Below the pieces are notes generated by a model. That model had not been told where the DNA came from. It ran no database searches and saw nothing but the letters and a program-made list of their open reading frames with translations. Source: Nonlabens ponticola (GTDB taxonomy: Bacteria > Bacteroidota > Bacteroidia > Flavobacteriales > Flavobacteriaceae). From it: DNA of 32,000 bases. This document shows, one piece after another, positions 17,157 to 29,100 of the stretch. The DNA is taken from the NCBI RefSeq assembly GCF_003966335.1, contig NZ_CP034549.1, positions 1 to 32,000 on the forward strand, given 5' to 3'. The position numbers and the translations under genes are program-made. Positions within the stretch are counted from its first letter, which is position 1; each line of letters begins with the position of its first letter.

Positions 17157-19136
17157 CTACCTCTCTACAATTATAAACTCTGATCTTCTATTGAGTTGGT
17201 GCTGCTCTTCACTACACTTAACTCCATTAGAACACTCATTGATAAGTTGGTACTCGCCATAACCTTTGGAGGTTAATCGACTCGCATCAACACCTTTTGA
17301 GATAAGGTAGTTCATGGTACTCATTGCGCGACGGCTGGATAATTTCTCATTGTAATCATCATTACCTCGACTGTCAGTATGTGACCTTATATCGATTTTC
17401 ATGGTAGGATTATCCTCTAGGACGGCAAGAACTTTTTGTAGTTCAAGCTCTGCATCCTCACGTATGAATGAACGATCAAAGTCAAAATAAATAGGATTGA
17501 GATTCAATAGTTTTGCAAGATCGTCACCTACTTTACCTGTAATCGTTGTAGGCTGTAGCGCTAAAGGAACATCAATATTGCTTGTTACTGTTGGAGTGTT
17601 TACAAGCTCCTCTGCAGTGTTGTAAGCTCGTTTTTCACCTCGAACAAAATAAGTCTTATCACAAGCTAATTTAAAAGCAAATTTACCGTTGTCTCTGGTC
17701 CTACGAGACGCCACGATATTATTATTGACATCAATCACGTTTATTACGGCGTTTTCTAAAGGTACTCCAGTTTGCTTATCGGTAATTGTGCCGGTAACGA
17801 ACTGCTCACAAGTTTCACGCAAATCCTCTAATTGAATGAAGCGATAGATTTCATCATCATTACCGCCACCTATCCTATTAGAACTGAAATAGCCAGTGTC
17901 ATTACCTTCATCAATTATAAATGCAAAATCATCGTCAGTACTATTTGCAGGCTCGCCTATGTTTACTGGATTACTCAAACTGCCATCGTCATTAATTGTA
18001 CTCACAAAAATATCTAGACCACCTAGTCCTTGTAAACCATTACTGGCAAAGTACAGATTGCCGCTACGGCTGATGTAGGGATAGCTTTCACGGCCTTCTG
18101 TATTAATTGGTGACATATTCTCTGGCTCGCCATAGCTACCGTCTTCATTAATAGCGACGCGCCATATGTCAGTTTCTTTAAATTTGCTTTCCATACCCAT
18201 AGTTCCCAGCATATTGCTTGAGAAATAAAGGTATTTACCATCTGGTGTTAGTGCTGGATGTGATGTGGTGTAATCTTCATCAGAGAATGGTGTTCTTTCA
18301 GGTCTGGACCATTTACCATCTTTTTTAACTGATTTGAAAATCTGTAAACGATTGACATTTTCATCGTCGCGCTCGAGATCACCTTTCTGGTAATTATTCC
18401 TGGTGAAATACATGGTATTCAAATCTGCAGTAAAGGTTGGCGTGCTCTCATGTAGTATTGAGTTGATGCGCTTGTCAAACTTTTCTGGGTTTGATAGTTT
18501 ACCTTCAGCATCTCTATCTGCGATGTATAGATCAAGAAAATAGCGCTCATTCCAAGAATGGGTTCTTTTGTAAAAAACTCCAGTATCACGGGCACTTGCA
18601 AAAACGACTTTATCAGGACCATAATAAGCCGTCCCAAAATCTTGCTCGTCACTATTGACAGAAACTTTTTCTACCTCAAACCTACCTTTTTGAAAATCGA
18701 TAATAGTTAAAAAATTAGGCATATTGCGAGCCGCACTAAGCCTTGAATCCTTAAGACCTACTACATTGAATCCAGATAATATTTGATTTGCCTTATCGTA
18801 TTGCTTATCGCTTTTAAGTGCCTGTGCATATCTAAAGAAATATACTGTAGGAATGCTTTTTTGATCTAGTTTAAATAGCTGATTATACCATTTTAAAGCA
18901 TTACTATAATCGTTATTGAAATAGTAAGAATCACCGAGATTTGAAAATATCTCAACACTCTTAAAACCACGATCTGCCATACGCTGATAGATGTCACGTG
19001 CCTCAATAAACGCGTACTTCTCTACCTTGCGCTCTGCTCGTGGTGAGTCTGCTTTTTGCGCCTGCGCAAAGGTCACTACTAGAAAAAACAGAATAACGGG
19101 AACCCTAAGCAAGTTTTTCAAGTTGTGTTTTTTCAT
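17157..19136 (-). CDS. OmpA-family protein with TPR-like, PD40/TolB-like propeller and CarboxypepD_reg-like regions (T9SS-locus associated)
   Basis: A signal peptide is present. PD40-like repeats include LTPDGKYLYFSSN and SRSGNLYFASN. The sequence TGTITDKQTGVPLENAVINV is also present. The C-terminal OmpA domain is IRSHTDSRGNDDYNEKLSSRRAMSTMNYLISKGVDASRLTSKGYGE...NRRSEFII. Confidence 0.88.
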   Translation of the reverse strand: MKKHNLKNLLRVPVILFFLVVTFAQAQKADSPRAERKVEKYAFIEARDIYQRMADRGFKSVEIFSNLGDSYYFNNDYSNALKWYNQLFKLDQKSIPTVYFFRYAQALKSDKQYDKANQILSGFNVVGLKDSRLSAARNMPNFLTIIDFQKGRFEVEKVSVNSDEQDFGTAYYGPDKVVFASARDTGVFYKRTHSWNERYFLDLYIADRDAEGKLSNPEKFDKRINSILHESTPTFTADLNTMYFTRNNYQKGDLERDDENVNRLQIFKSVKKDGKWSRPERTPFSDEDYTTSHPALTPDGKYLYFSSNMLGTMGMESKFKETDIWRVAINEDGSYGEPENMSPINTEGRESYPYISRSGNLYFASNGLQGLGGLDIFVSTINDDGSLSNPVNIGEPANSTDDDFAFIIDEGNDTGYFSSNRIGGGNDDEIYRFIQLEDLRETCEQFVTGTITDKQTGVPLENAVINVIDVNNNIVASRRTRDNGKFAFKLACDKTYFVRGEKRAYNTAEELVNTPTVTSNIDVPLALQPTTITGKVGDDLAKLLNLNPIYFDFDRSFIREDAELELQKVLAVLEDNPTMKIDIRSHTDSRGNDDYNEKLSSRRAMSTMNYLISKGVDASRLTSKGYGEYQLINECSNGVKCSEEQHQLNRRSEFIIVER

Positions 19137-19138
19137 GA

Positions 19139-20101
19139 TTAAAAGAATCTAGGAGTCAATAGCTTATCGTAATCTCTAGTAAGTTCATACCTTAAGAATA
19201 CCTCAAAACTACCGTCGTTGAATTGAGTGTTACCTAAATCTGTAGTTTCACGATCGTAAGCCAATCCTATTTGAAATTGATTACTTATCTGATACCCAAG
19301 TAAGCCACTTACCGCAGCATCCCATCTGTAAGCAGCTCCTAATGTAAGTCGCTCATTAATCAAAAAGTTTGCAGTTACATCGACTTGTAAAGGTGCTCCT
19401 GAGACTGCCTTGATCATTGTGCTAGGCTTGAACATCAAATTGGGATTGATGTCAAATACATATCCTGATGTCAAATAATAATGAATACGTTCTCTTGCTA
19501 CAAAGGATGCCGTATTGTTGTTATTGGACTCTTCAAAATGCTCATTGCGCAATAAATTGGGTGCACTCAAACCTGCATAAAACTTGTCGGTATGAAAGTA
19601 AATACCTGTACCAATATTAGGCGAAAGCTTGTTGTCGATGTTTTGCTCAAAAGCTGCATCATCTAAATCAAAACGCTGCAATTCATCAAAGTTTACGTCC
19701 AGGACGTGCGCACCTAATTTGACCCCAAAGCTAAGCTTGCTATTGTAACCTGTATCAATGGTATAACTAACATCACCATTAAAGTAAGTCTCGCTGGTAG
19801 GTCCTAGCTTATCGTTGACAATAGAAAGTCCTAATCCTACTTTACCAAACCCAACTGGACTGTGTAAACTTAGACTTTGAGTTTCTGGAGCACCGTCGAG
19901 ACCTACCCACTGACTTCTGTGCAACAGTATTGCACTGAACATACCTCTGTTTCCTGCGTATGCTGGATTTATAGACAAAGTGTTGTACATATACTGTGTG
20001 TACTGTGCATCCTGTTGCGCTATTCCTTTAATAGAAAGAGAAAAGAGAAACACGGCTATCAAATATTTCATCGATTGTATTTTGTTATTAGTATATCTCA
20101 T
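19139..20101 (-). CDS. type IX secretion system membrane protein, PorP/SprF family
   Basis: The family hallmark QQDAQYTQYMYNTLSINPAYAGNRG follows the signal peptide, and the rest looks like a beta-barrel. The gene starts 5 nt after the adhesin stop and ends 2 nt before the OmpA-like gene. The start may be the internal ATG at about 20071. Confidence 0.88.
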   Translation of the reverse strand: MRYTNNKIQSMKYLIAVFLFSLSIKGIAQQDAQYTQYMYNTLSINPAYAGNRGMFSAILLHRSQWVGLDGAPETQSLSLHSPVGFGKVGLGLSIVNDKLGPTSETYFNGDVSYTIDTGYNSKLSFGVKLGAHVLDVNFDELQRFDLDDAAFEQNIDNKLSPNIGTGIYFHTDKFYAGLSAPNLLRNEHFEESNNNNTASFVARERIHYYLTSGYVFDINPNLMFKPSTMIKAVSGAPLQVDVTANFLINERLTLGAAYRWDAAVSGLLGYQISNQFQIGLAYDRETTDLGNTQFNDGSFEVFLRYELTRDYDKLLTPRFF

Positions 20102-20106
20102 TATTT

Positions 20107-23100
20107 CTATCTCTGTATATAAATGTAACCTGCTACTGACTTGCGTTCACCGCTTTCATCATCCTGGTAATTGAGAACGTAGTAATAGGTTCCTACAGGT
20201 AATTCTTCTCCTTGCTGGATTGTTGCTCTACCTTCAGATATTCCTCTAAATACATTACCGTTGACCCCATAGCTTTCGGTTTCATAGACTAGCACACCCC
20301 AACGATTGAAAATTTGTAAATCATTAGTTGAGAAACAGTCTAGATTTTCAATGACTAAGAAGTCATTTCTAGAGTTACCATCTGGAGAAATTCCGTTGTA
20401 AACTATTGGTTCACCGCAGACAACTTCTTCATCAAATTCTAAATAATCAAAGATTCCATCGCCATCAGTATCTCTCGTGTTTCCAGTGTTAGGATTTTGA
20501 TCATTATCTGGATCTGGACCTTCGTCGATAGTATCAAAAGCATCACCATCATCATTATCATCTAGATAATCAGGAATACCATCACCATCGGTATCTTGAT
20601 CTACTGGATTATCATCACCATCATAATCTTCAAATACTGTATTCACCGTATCTCCATCATCGTCAATATCGCGATAATCCACGTCCTCAGTACCGTCTAG
20701 ATCTGGAAGCTCAGATGGATCACCATCTAATTCTAGACCATCTGGATCACCATATCCAGAAGTATCACCATCATAAGCATCATTAAGACCATCGTTGTCA
20801 ATGTCTTGATCACTTGGTGAAACGTCTGCAATACCATCGTGATCAAAATCATGACCTTCTAACCTATCCAATACATTATCATTATCTGAATCAGAATCGA
20901 TATAATCTTGAAGATCGTCGCCATCAAAGTTGAATTCTTCGATTGGTGAGCCATTGGTATCATAAGCATCATCAACACCGTTATTATCTTCATCTTGACC
21001 TGATGGACTTATATAGTCAAATGTATCTTGAGACTCTACATTATCTGTAATACCATCATTATCAGAGTCTTGATCAAGATAATCAGGCAGTAAATCTGTA
21101 TCAGTTTCTCGTGGTGCTGTTGAAACACCGTTACCGTCGATACCATCATCTTCTACCGCATCAGGTATACCATTCACACCTTCTGGCCCGTCAACCATAC
21201 CGTCGTTATCAGCATCAAGTGCAGAGTTTCCTGTCTCATTGACATCATAGATACCGTCATTATCGCTGTCAAGGTCTAAATGATTTGATATTCCATCACC
21301 ATCAGTATCAAATTCTGGGTTTACTGCATTGTCATCGTCACCAACAGTTGGATCGTTATCATCGTCATCTAGGTATGCAGGTACGCCGTCACCGTCGTTG
21401 TCGATATCAGGATTTGATCCTACTTCTACAATATCAGGAATACCATCATTATCGTCGTCTTCGTCAAATAGATTAGTATCGTCGGTAGCGTCAAGATAGT
21501 TAGGCGTACCGTCTCCATCAGTATCATCATTGGTTGGATCGCCGTCATTATCCACATCTTCACCTTGTTCAGGATCATTATCGTCACCACCACCTTCAAA
21601 AGTTAATAATCCATCATCATCATCATCCCTATCACGGAAATCTGGGTTGTCATTTGCTCCATCTCTATTAGGTAAATCGAATGGATTGTCAATGACTAAT
21701 AAACCGTTAGGGTCTTCAAAATCTCCCAATGATCCGTCATATGCGTCATCCAATCCGTCACCATCATTATCTACACCAGATGGATCTACATCCGCCACAC
21801 CATCTGCGTTGTAGTCACTACCCTCGATGGAGTCAGGCACATTATCATTATCAGAATCAAGATCTAGATAATCAGGAAGTTCGTCTCCACCATCATCATC
21901 ATTACCATTGTCAAAATCCTCATCTGTGTTGACTGGCTCAATAGGTGCACCATTAGTATCATAGGCATCGTCAACTCCGTTAGAATCAGAATCCATCCCT
22001 GATGGTAAGATATAATCAGCTGATGATTGAGATTCAATGTTATCTGTAATTCCGTCGCCATCAGAGTCCTGATCCTTATAATTAGGGATGTCATCATCGT
22101 CGAGATCAGACTCAAGAGGATCATCGCCAACACCATTTCCATCAACTCCATCATCCTCGGCAGCATCAGGAATACCATTAACGCCTGCAGGACCGTCTAC
22201 CATACCATCATTGTCTACATCTAGATCTGAATTACCAGTTTCTACCACATCATAAATTCCGTCGTCGTCTACATCTAGATCTAATTGGTTAGGTATACCA
22301 TCGCCATCCAAGTCTAATGATGGATCAAACAAGCCATCTTCATTTCCTACAAAGAAGTCGTTATCATCATCATCAAGATAGCTGGGAACACCATCTCCAT
22401 CGTTATCTATATCTGGATCAAAGCCATCTAGTTCTTCTATATCCGTGATACCGTCATTATCGTCATCCAAATCAATATTATCTGGAATAGAGTCATTATC
22501 TCTATCTATAGACACGATTGTAGGATCATCTGGCTCTCCATCATTGTTTTCATCGAAGTCATTTGGATTGTTTGGATCATCAGACGTATCTGTAACATCA
22601 ACACCATTAACATCTTCTCCGATACCGATTAAGGAGTTGATTGCGCGGTTATTTCTAACGTCATCTTCGTCAATTGTTTGAGTCACGGTTGCTATTACGC
22701 TTTCGCCAGGAGCTATACTATTGAATGTATCAGGCATTATGCTACCCGCATCCGCATTATCGTCTGATATCACAACATCTGTAAGAGTGATATTTCCTGT
22801 GTTTGTTATTACAATGTCATATGTAATAACGTCACCAATATTTCTGAAGAATTGCTCACGAGCAGCCTTAGTGATGCTCATCGAACTTTTCTGTCCCAGG
22901 TCCGTATCCGTTGGATCGTCGCCCACGTTGCTGTCATCATCCGAGTCATCACTTACCGTGTTGCCATCCGGAGTCTCTCCGCTCACCACTGCCTGGTTGC
23001 GTACAAAGCCGCGGTCGATGTCATCCTGAGTGATCGTATAGCTACCCGTAAAGGTCGTATCGTCAAAGGCTCCCGGTGACAGGCTAGCGATAGGACCGCC

Positions 23101-26100
23101 GCTTAGTGTACCGTTGGCGCCTTCCAATAGAACGTCCTCAAGGGTGATGTTCGTCAGCGTCGTGCTTCCGGTATTCGTTACCCTGAAGCTGTACGTGATC
23201 GTCTCGCCCACCTGTGCCGTACCGTTGCCGGCATCATCCGTATCACCGCTGCCGGCATCATCAAACACCGACGTCTTGATCACCGCGATGCTGCTGTCCT
23301 GTCCCAGGTCCGTATCCGTTGGATCGTCGCCTACGTTGCTGTCATCATCCGAGTCATCACTTACAGTGTTGCCATCCGGAGTCTCTCCGCTCACCACTGC
23401 CTGGTTGCGTACAAAGCCGCGGTCGATGTCATCCTGAGTGATCGTATAGCTACCCGTAAAGGTCGTATCGTCAAAGGCTCCCGGTGACAGGCTAGCGATA
23501 GGACCGCCGCTTAGTGTACCGTTGGCGCCCTCCAATAGAACGTCCTCAAGGGTGATGTTCGTCAGCGTCGTGCTTCCGGTATTCGTTACCCTGAAGCTGT
23601 ACGTGATCGTCTCGCCCACCTGTGCCGTACCGTTGCCGTCATCATCCGTATCACCGCTGCCGGCATCATCAAACACCGACGTCTTGATCACCGCGATGCT
23701 GCTGTCCTGTCCCAGGTCCGTATCCGTTGGATCGTCGCCCACGTTGCTGTCATCATCCGAGTCATCACTTACCGTGTTGCCATCCGGAGTCTCTCCGCTC
23801 ACCACTGCCTGGTTGCGTACAAAGCCGCGGTCGATGTCATCCTGAGTGATCGTATAGCTACCCGTAAAGGTCGTATCGTCAAAGGCTCCCGGTGACAGGC
23901 TAGCGATAGGACCGCCGCTTAGTGTACCGTTGGCGCCTTCCAATAGAACGTCCTCAAGGGTGATGTTCGTCAGCGTCGTGCTTCCGGTATTCGTTACCCT
24001 GAAGCTGTACGTGATCGTCTCGCCCACCTGTGCCGTACCGTTGCCGGCATCATCCGTATCACCGCTGCCGGCATCATCAAACACCGACGTCTTGATCACC
24101 GCGATGCTGCTGTCCTGTCCCAGGTCCGTATCCGTTGGATCGTCGCCCACGTTGCTGTCATCATCCGAGTCATCACTTACAGTGTTGCCATCCGGAGTCT
24201 CTCCGCTCACCACTGCCTGGTTGCGTACAAAGCCGCGGTCGATGTCCTCCTGAGTGATCGTATAGCTACCCGTAAAGGTCGTATCGTCAAAGGCTCCCGG
24301 TGACAGGCTAGCGATAGGACCGCCGCTTAGTGTACCGTTGGCGCCTTCCAATAGAACGTCCTCAAGGGTGATGTTCGTCAGCGTCGTGCTTCCGGTATTC
24401 GTTACCCTGAAGCTGTACGTGATCGTCTCGCCCACCTGTGCCGTACCGTTGCCGTCATCATCCGTATCACCGCTGCCGGCGTCATCAAACACCGACGTCT
24501 TGATCACCGCGATGCTGCTGTCCTGTCCCAGGTCCGTATCCGTTGGATCGTCGCCCACGTTGCTGTCATCATCCGAGTCATCACTTACAGTGTTGCCATC
24601 CGGAGTCTCTCCGCTCACCACTGCCTGGTTGCGTACAAAGCCGCGGTCGATGTCATCCTGAGTGATCGTATAGCTACCCGTAAAGGTCGTATCGTCAAAG
24701 GCTCCCGGTGACAGGCTAGCGATAGGACCGCCGCTTAGTGTACCGTTGGCGCCTTCCAATAGAACGTCCTCAAGGGTGATGTTCGTCAGCGTCGTGCTTC
24801 CGGTATTCGTTACCCTGAAGCTGTACGTGATCGTCTCGCCCACCTGTGCCGTACCGTTGCCGTCATCATCCGTATCACCGCTGCCGGCATCATCAAACAC
24901 CGACGTCTTGATCACCGCGATGCTGCTGTCCTGTCCCAGGTCCGTATCCGTTGGATCGTCGCCCACGTTGCTGTCATCATCCGAGTCATCACTTACCGTG
25001 TTGCCATCCGGAGTCTCACCACTGACCACTGCCTGGTTGCGTACAAAGCCGCGGTCGATGTCATCCTGAGTGATCGTATAGCTGCCCGTAAAGGTCGTAT
25101 CGTCAAAGGCTCCCGGTGACAGGCTAGCGATAGGACCGCCGCTTAGTGTACCGTTGGCGCCTTCCAATAGAACGTCCTCAAGGGTGATGTTCGTCAGCGT
25201 CGTGCTTCCGGTATTCGTTACCCTGAAGCTGTACGTGATCGTCTCACCCACCTGTGCCGTACCGTTGCCGTCATCATCCGTATCACCGCTGCCGGCGTCA
25301 TCAAACACCGACGTCTTGATCACCGCGATGCTGCTGTCCTGTCCCAGGTCCGTATCCGTTGGATCGTCGCCCACGTTGCTGTCATCATCCGAGTCATCAC
25401 TTACAGTGTTGCCATCCGGAGTCTCTCCGCTCACCACTGCCTGGTTGCGTACAAAGCCGCGGTCGATGTCATCCTGAGTGATCGTATAGCTACCCGTAAA
25501 GGTCGTATCGTCAAAGGCTCCCGGTGACAGGCTAGCGATAGGACCGCCGCTTAGTGTACCGTTGGCGCCTTCCAATAGAACGTCCTCAAGGGTGATGTTC
25601 GTCAGCGTCGTGCTTCCGGTATTCGTTACCCTGAAGCTGTACGTGATCGTCTCGCCCACCTGTGCCGTACCGTTGCCGGCATCATCCGTATCACCGCTGC
25701 CGGCATCATCAAACACCGACGTCTTGATCACCGCGATGCTGCTGTCCTGTCCCAGGTCCGTATCCGTTGGATCGTCGCCTACGTTGCTGTCATCATCCGA
25801 GTCATCACTTACAGTGTTGCCATCCGGAGTCTCTCCGCTCACCACTGCCTGGTTGCGTACAAAGCCGCGGTCGATGTCCTCCTGAGTGATCGTATAGCTA
25901 CCCGTAAAGGTCGTATCGTCAAAGGCTCCCGGTGACAGGCTAGCGATAGGACCGCCGCTTAGTGTACCGTTGGCGCCCTCCAATAGAACGTCCTCAAGGG
26001 TGATGTTCGTCAGCGTCGTGCTTCCGGTATTCGTTACCCTGAAGCTGTACGTGATCGTCTCACCCACCTGTGCCGTACCGTTGCCGTCATCATCCGTATC

Positions 26101-29100
26101 ACCGCTGCCGGCGTCATCAAACACCGACGTCTTGATCACCGCGATGCTGCTGTCCTGTCCCAGGTCCGTATCCGTTGGATCGTCGCCCACGTTGCTGTCA
26201 TCATCCGAGTCATCACTTACCGTGTTGCCATCCGGAGTCTCTCCGCTCACCACTGCCTGGTTGCGTACAAAGCCGCGGTCGATGTCATCCTGAGTGATCG
26301 TATAGCTACCCGTAAAGGTCGTATCGTCAAAGGCTCCCGGTGACAGGCTAGCGATAGGACCGCCGCTTAGTGTACCGTTGGCGCCTTCCAATAGAACGTC
26401 CTCAAGGGTGATGTTCGTCAGCGTCGTGCTTCCGGTATTCGTTACCCTGAAGCTGTACGTGATCGTCTCGCCCACCTGTGCCGTACCGTTGCCGTCATCA
26501 TCCGTATCACCGCTGCCGGCATCATCAAACACCGACGTCTTGATCACCGCGATGCTGCTGTCCTGTCCCAGGTCCGTATCCGTTGGATCGTCGCCCACGT
26601 TGCTGTCATCATCCGAGTCATCACTTACCGTGTTGCCATCCGGAGTCTCTCCGCTCACCACTGCCTGGTTGCGTACAAAGCCGCGGTCGATGTCCTCCTG
26701 AGTGATCGTATAGCTACCCGTAAAGGTCGTATCGTCAAAGGCTCCCGGTGACAGGCTAGCGATAGGACCGCCGCTTAGTGTACCGTTGGCGCCTTCCAAT
26801 AGAACGTCCTCAAGGGTGATGTTCGTCAGCGTCGTGCTTCCGGTATTCGTTACCCTGAAGCTGTACGTGATCGTCTCGCCCACCTGTGCCGTACCGTTGC
26901 CGTCATCATCCGTATCACCGCTGCCGGCGTCATCAAACACCGACGTCTTGATCACCGCGATGCTGCTGTCCTGTCCCAGGTCCGTATCCGTTGGATCGTC
27001 GCCCACGTTGCTGTCATCATCCGAGTCATCACTTACCGTGTTGCCATCCGGAGTCTCACCACTGACCACTGCCTGGTTGCGTACAAAGCCGCGGTCGATG
27101 TCATCCTGAGTGATCGTATAGCTGCCCGTAAAGGTCGTATCGTCAAAGGCTCCCGGTGACAGGCTAGCGATAGGACCGCCGCTTAGTGTACCGTTGGCGC
27201 CTTCCAATAGAACGTCCTCAAGGGTGATGTTCGTCAGCGTCGTGCTTCCGGTATTCGTTACCCTGAAGCTGTACGTGATCGTCTCACCCACCTGTGCCGT
27301 ACCGTTGCCGTCATCATCCGTATCACCGCTGCCGGCGTCATCAAACACCGACGTCTTGATCACCGCGATGCTGCTGTCCTGTCCCAGGTCCGTATCCGTT
27401 GGATCGTCGCCCACGTTGCTGTCATCATCCGAGTCATCACTTACAGTGTTGCCATCCGGAGTCTCTCCGCTCACCACTGCCTGGTTGCGTACAAAGCCGC
27501 GGTCGATGTCATCCTGAGTGATCGTATAGCTACCCGTAAAGGTCGTATCGTCAAAGGCTCCCGGTGACAGGCTAGCGATAGGACCGCCGCTTAGTGTACC
27601 GTTGGCGCCTTCCAATAGAACGTCCTCAAGGGTGATGTTCGTCAGCGTCGTGCTTCCGGTATTCGTTACCCTGAAGCTGTACGTGATCGTCTCGCCCACC
27701 TGTGCCGTACCGTTGCCGGCATCATCCGTATCACCGCTGCCGGCATCATCAAACACCGACGTCTTGATCACCGCGATGCTGCTGTCCTGTCCCAGGTCCG
27801 TATCCGTTGGATCGTCGCCTACGTTGCTGTCATCATCCGAGTCATCACTTACAGTGTTGCCATCCGGAGTCTCTCCGCTCACCACTGCCTGGTTGCGTAC
27901 AAAGCCGCGGTCGATGTCATCCTGAGTGATCGTATAGCTACCCGTAAAGGTCGTATCGTCAAAGGCTCCCGGTGACAGGCTAGCGATAGGACCGCCGCTT
28001 AGTGTACCGTTGGCGCCCTCCAATAGAACGTCCTCAAGGGTGATGTTCGTCAGCGTCGTGCTTCCGGTATTCGTTACCCTGAAGCTGTACGTGATCGTCT
28101 CGCCCACCTGTGCCGTACCGTTGCCGTCATCATCCGTATCACCGCTGCCGGCATCATCAAACACCGACGTCTTGATCACCGCGATGCTGCTGTCCTGTCC
28201 CAGGTCCGTATCCGTTGGATCGTCGCCCACGTTGCTGTCATCATCCGAGTCATCACTTACCGTGTTGCCATCCGGAGTCTCTCCGCTCACCACTGCCTGG
28301 TTGCGTACAAAGCCGCGGTCGATGTCATCCTGAGTGATCGTATAGCTGCCCGTAAAGGTCGTATCGTCAAAGGCTCCCGGTGACAGGCTGGCGATAGGAC
28401 CGCCGCTTAGTGTACCGTTGGCGCCCTCCAATAGCACGTCCTCAAGGGTGATGTTCGTCAGCGTCGTGCTTCCGGTATTCGTTACCCTGAAGCTGTACGT
28501 GATCGTCTCGCCTACCTGTGCCGTACCGTTGCCGTCATCATCCGTATCTCCGCTGCCGGCGTCATCAAACACCGACGTCTTGATCACCGCGATGCTGCTG
28601 TCTTCTAATAATAGAGTGATGGTTGGATCATCTGGCTCACCGTCTGCTTCTGTATCTACATCTGCATTGTTATCTGGATCGTCACTGATATCTTGTATAA
28701 CAGCATCCGATGGGGAATCAGCCGAGACAGTAGCACTATTTTGATAGCGACCAGCGTCAATATCGTCTTGGGTTAAAATATAAGTTCCCGTAAATGTTGT
28801 GCTGTCAGAAGCTCCAGGCTCCAACTGGGCAATCGCCGTACCTGTCACTGTCGTTCCAAGGTCTGAAACTTGAAGATTTGATAATGTAGTGGTTCCTGTA
28901 TTTGTAATGACAAATTGATATGAAATAATATCGCCGGCGTCGGCAACAGAATTACCATTGGAATCCTCATAAGTGTCAATTTTCAATAAAGTTACGGAGC
29001 TAGAAGGGTCGAATGATACAACCGTAGGGTCATCTGGCTCACCGTCACCATTATTATCAATATTATCTGTGTTCAAAGGATCATCTGAATCATCCACCAC

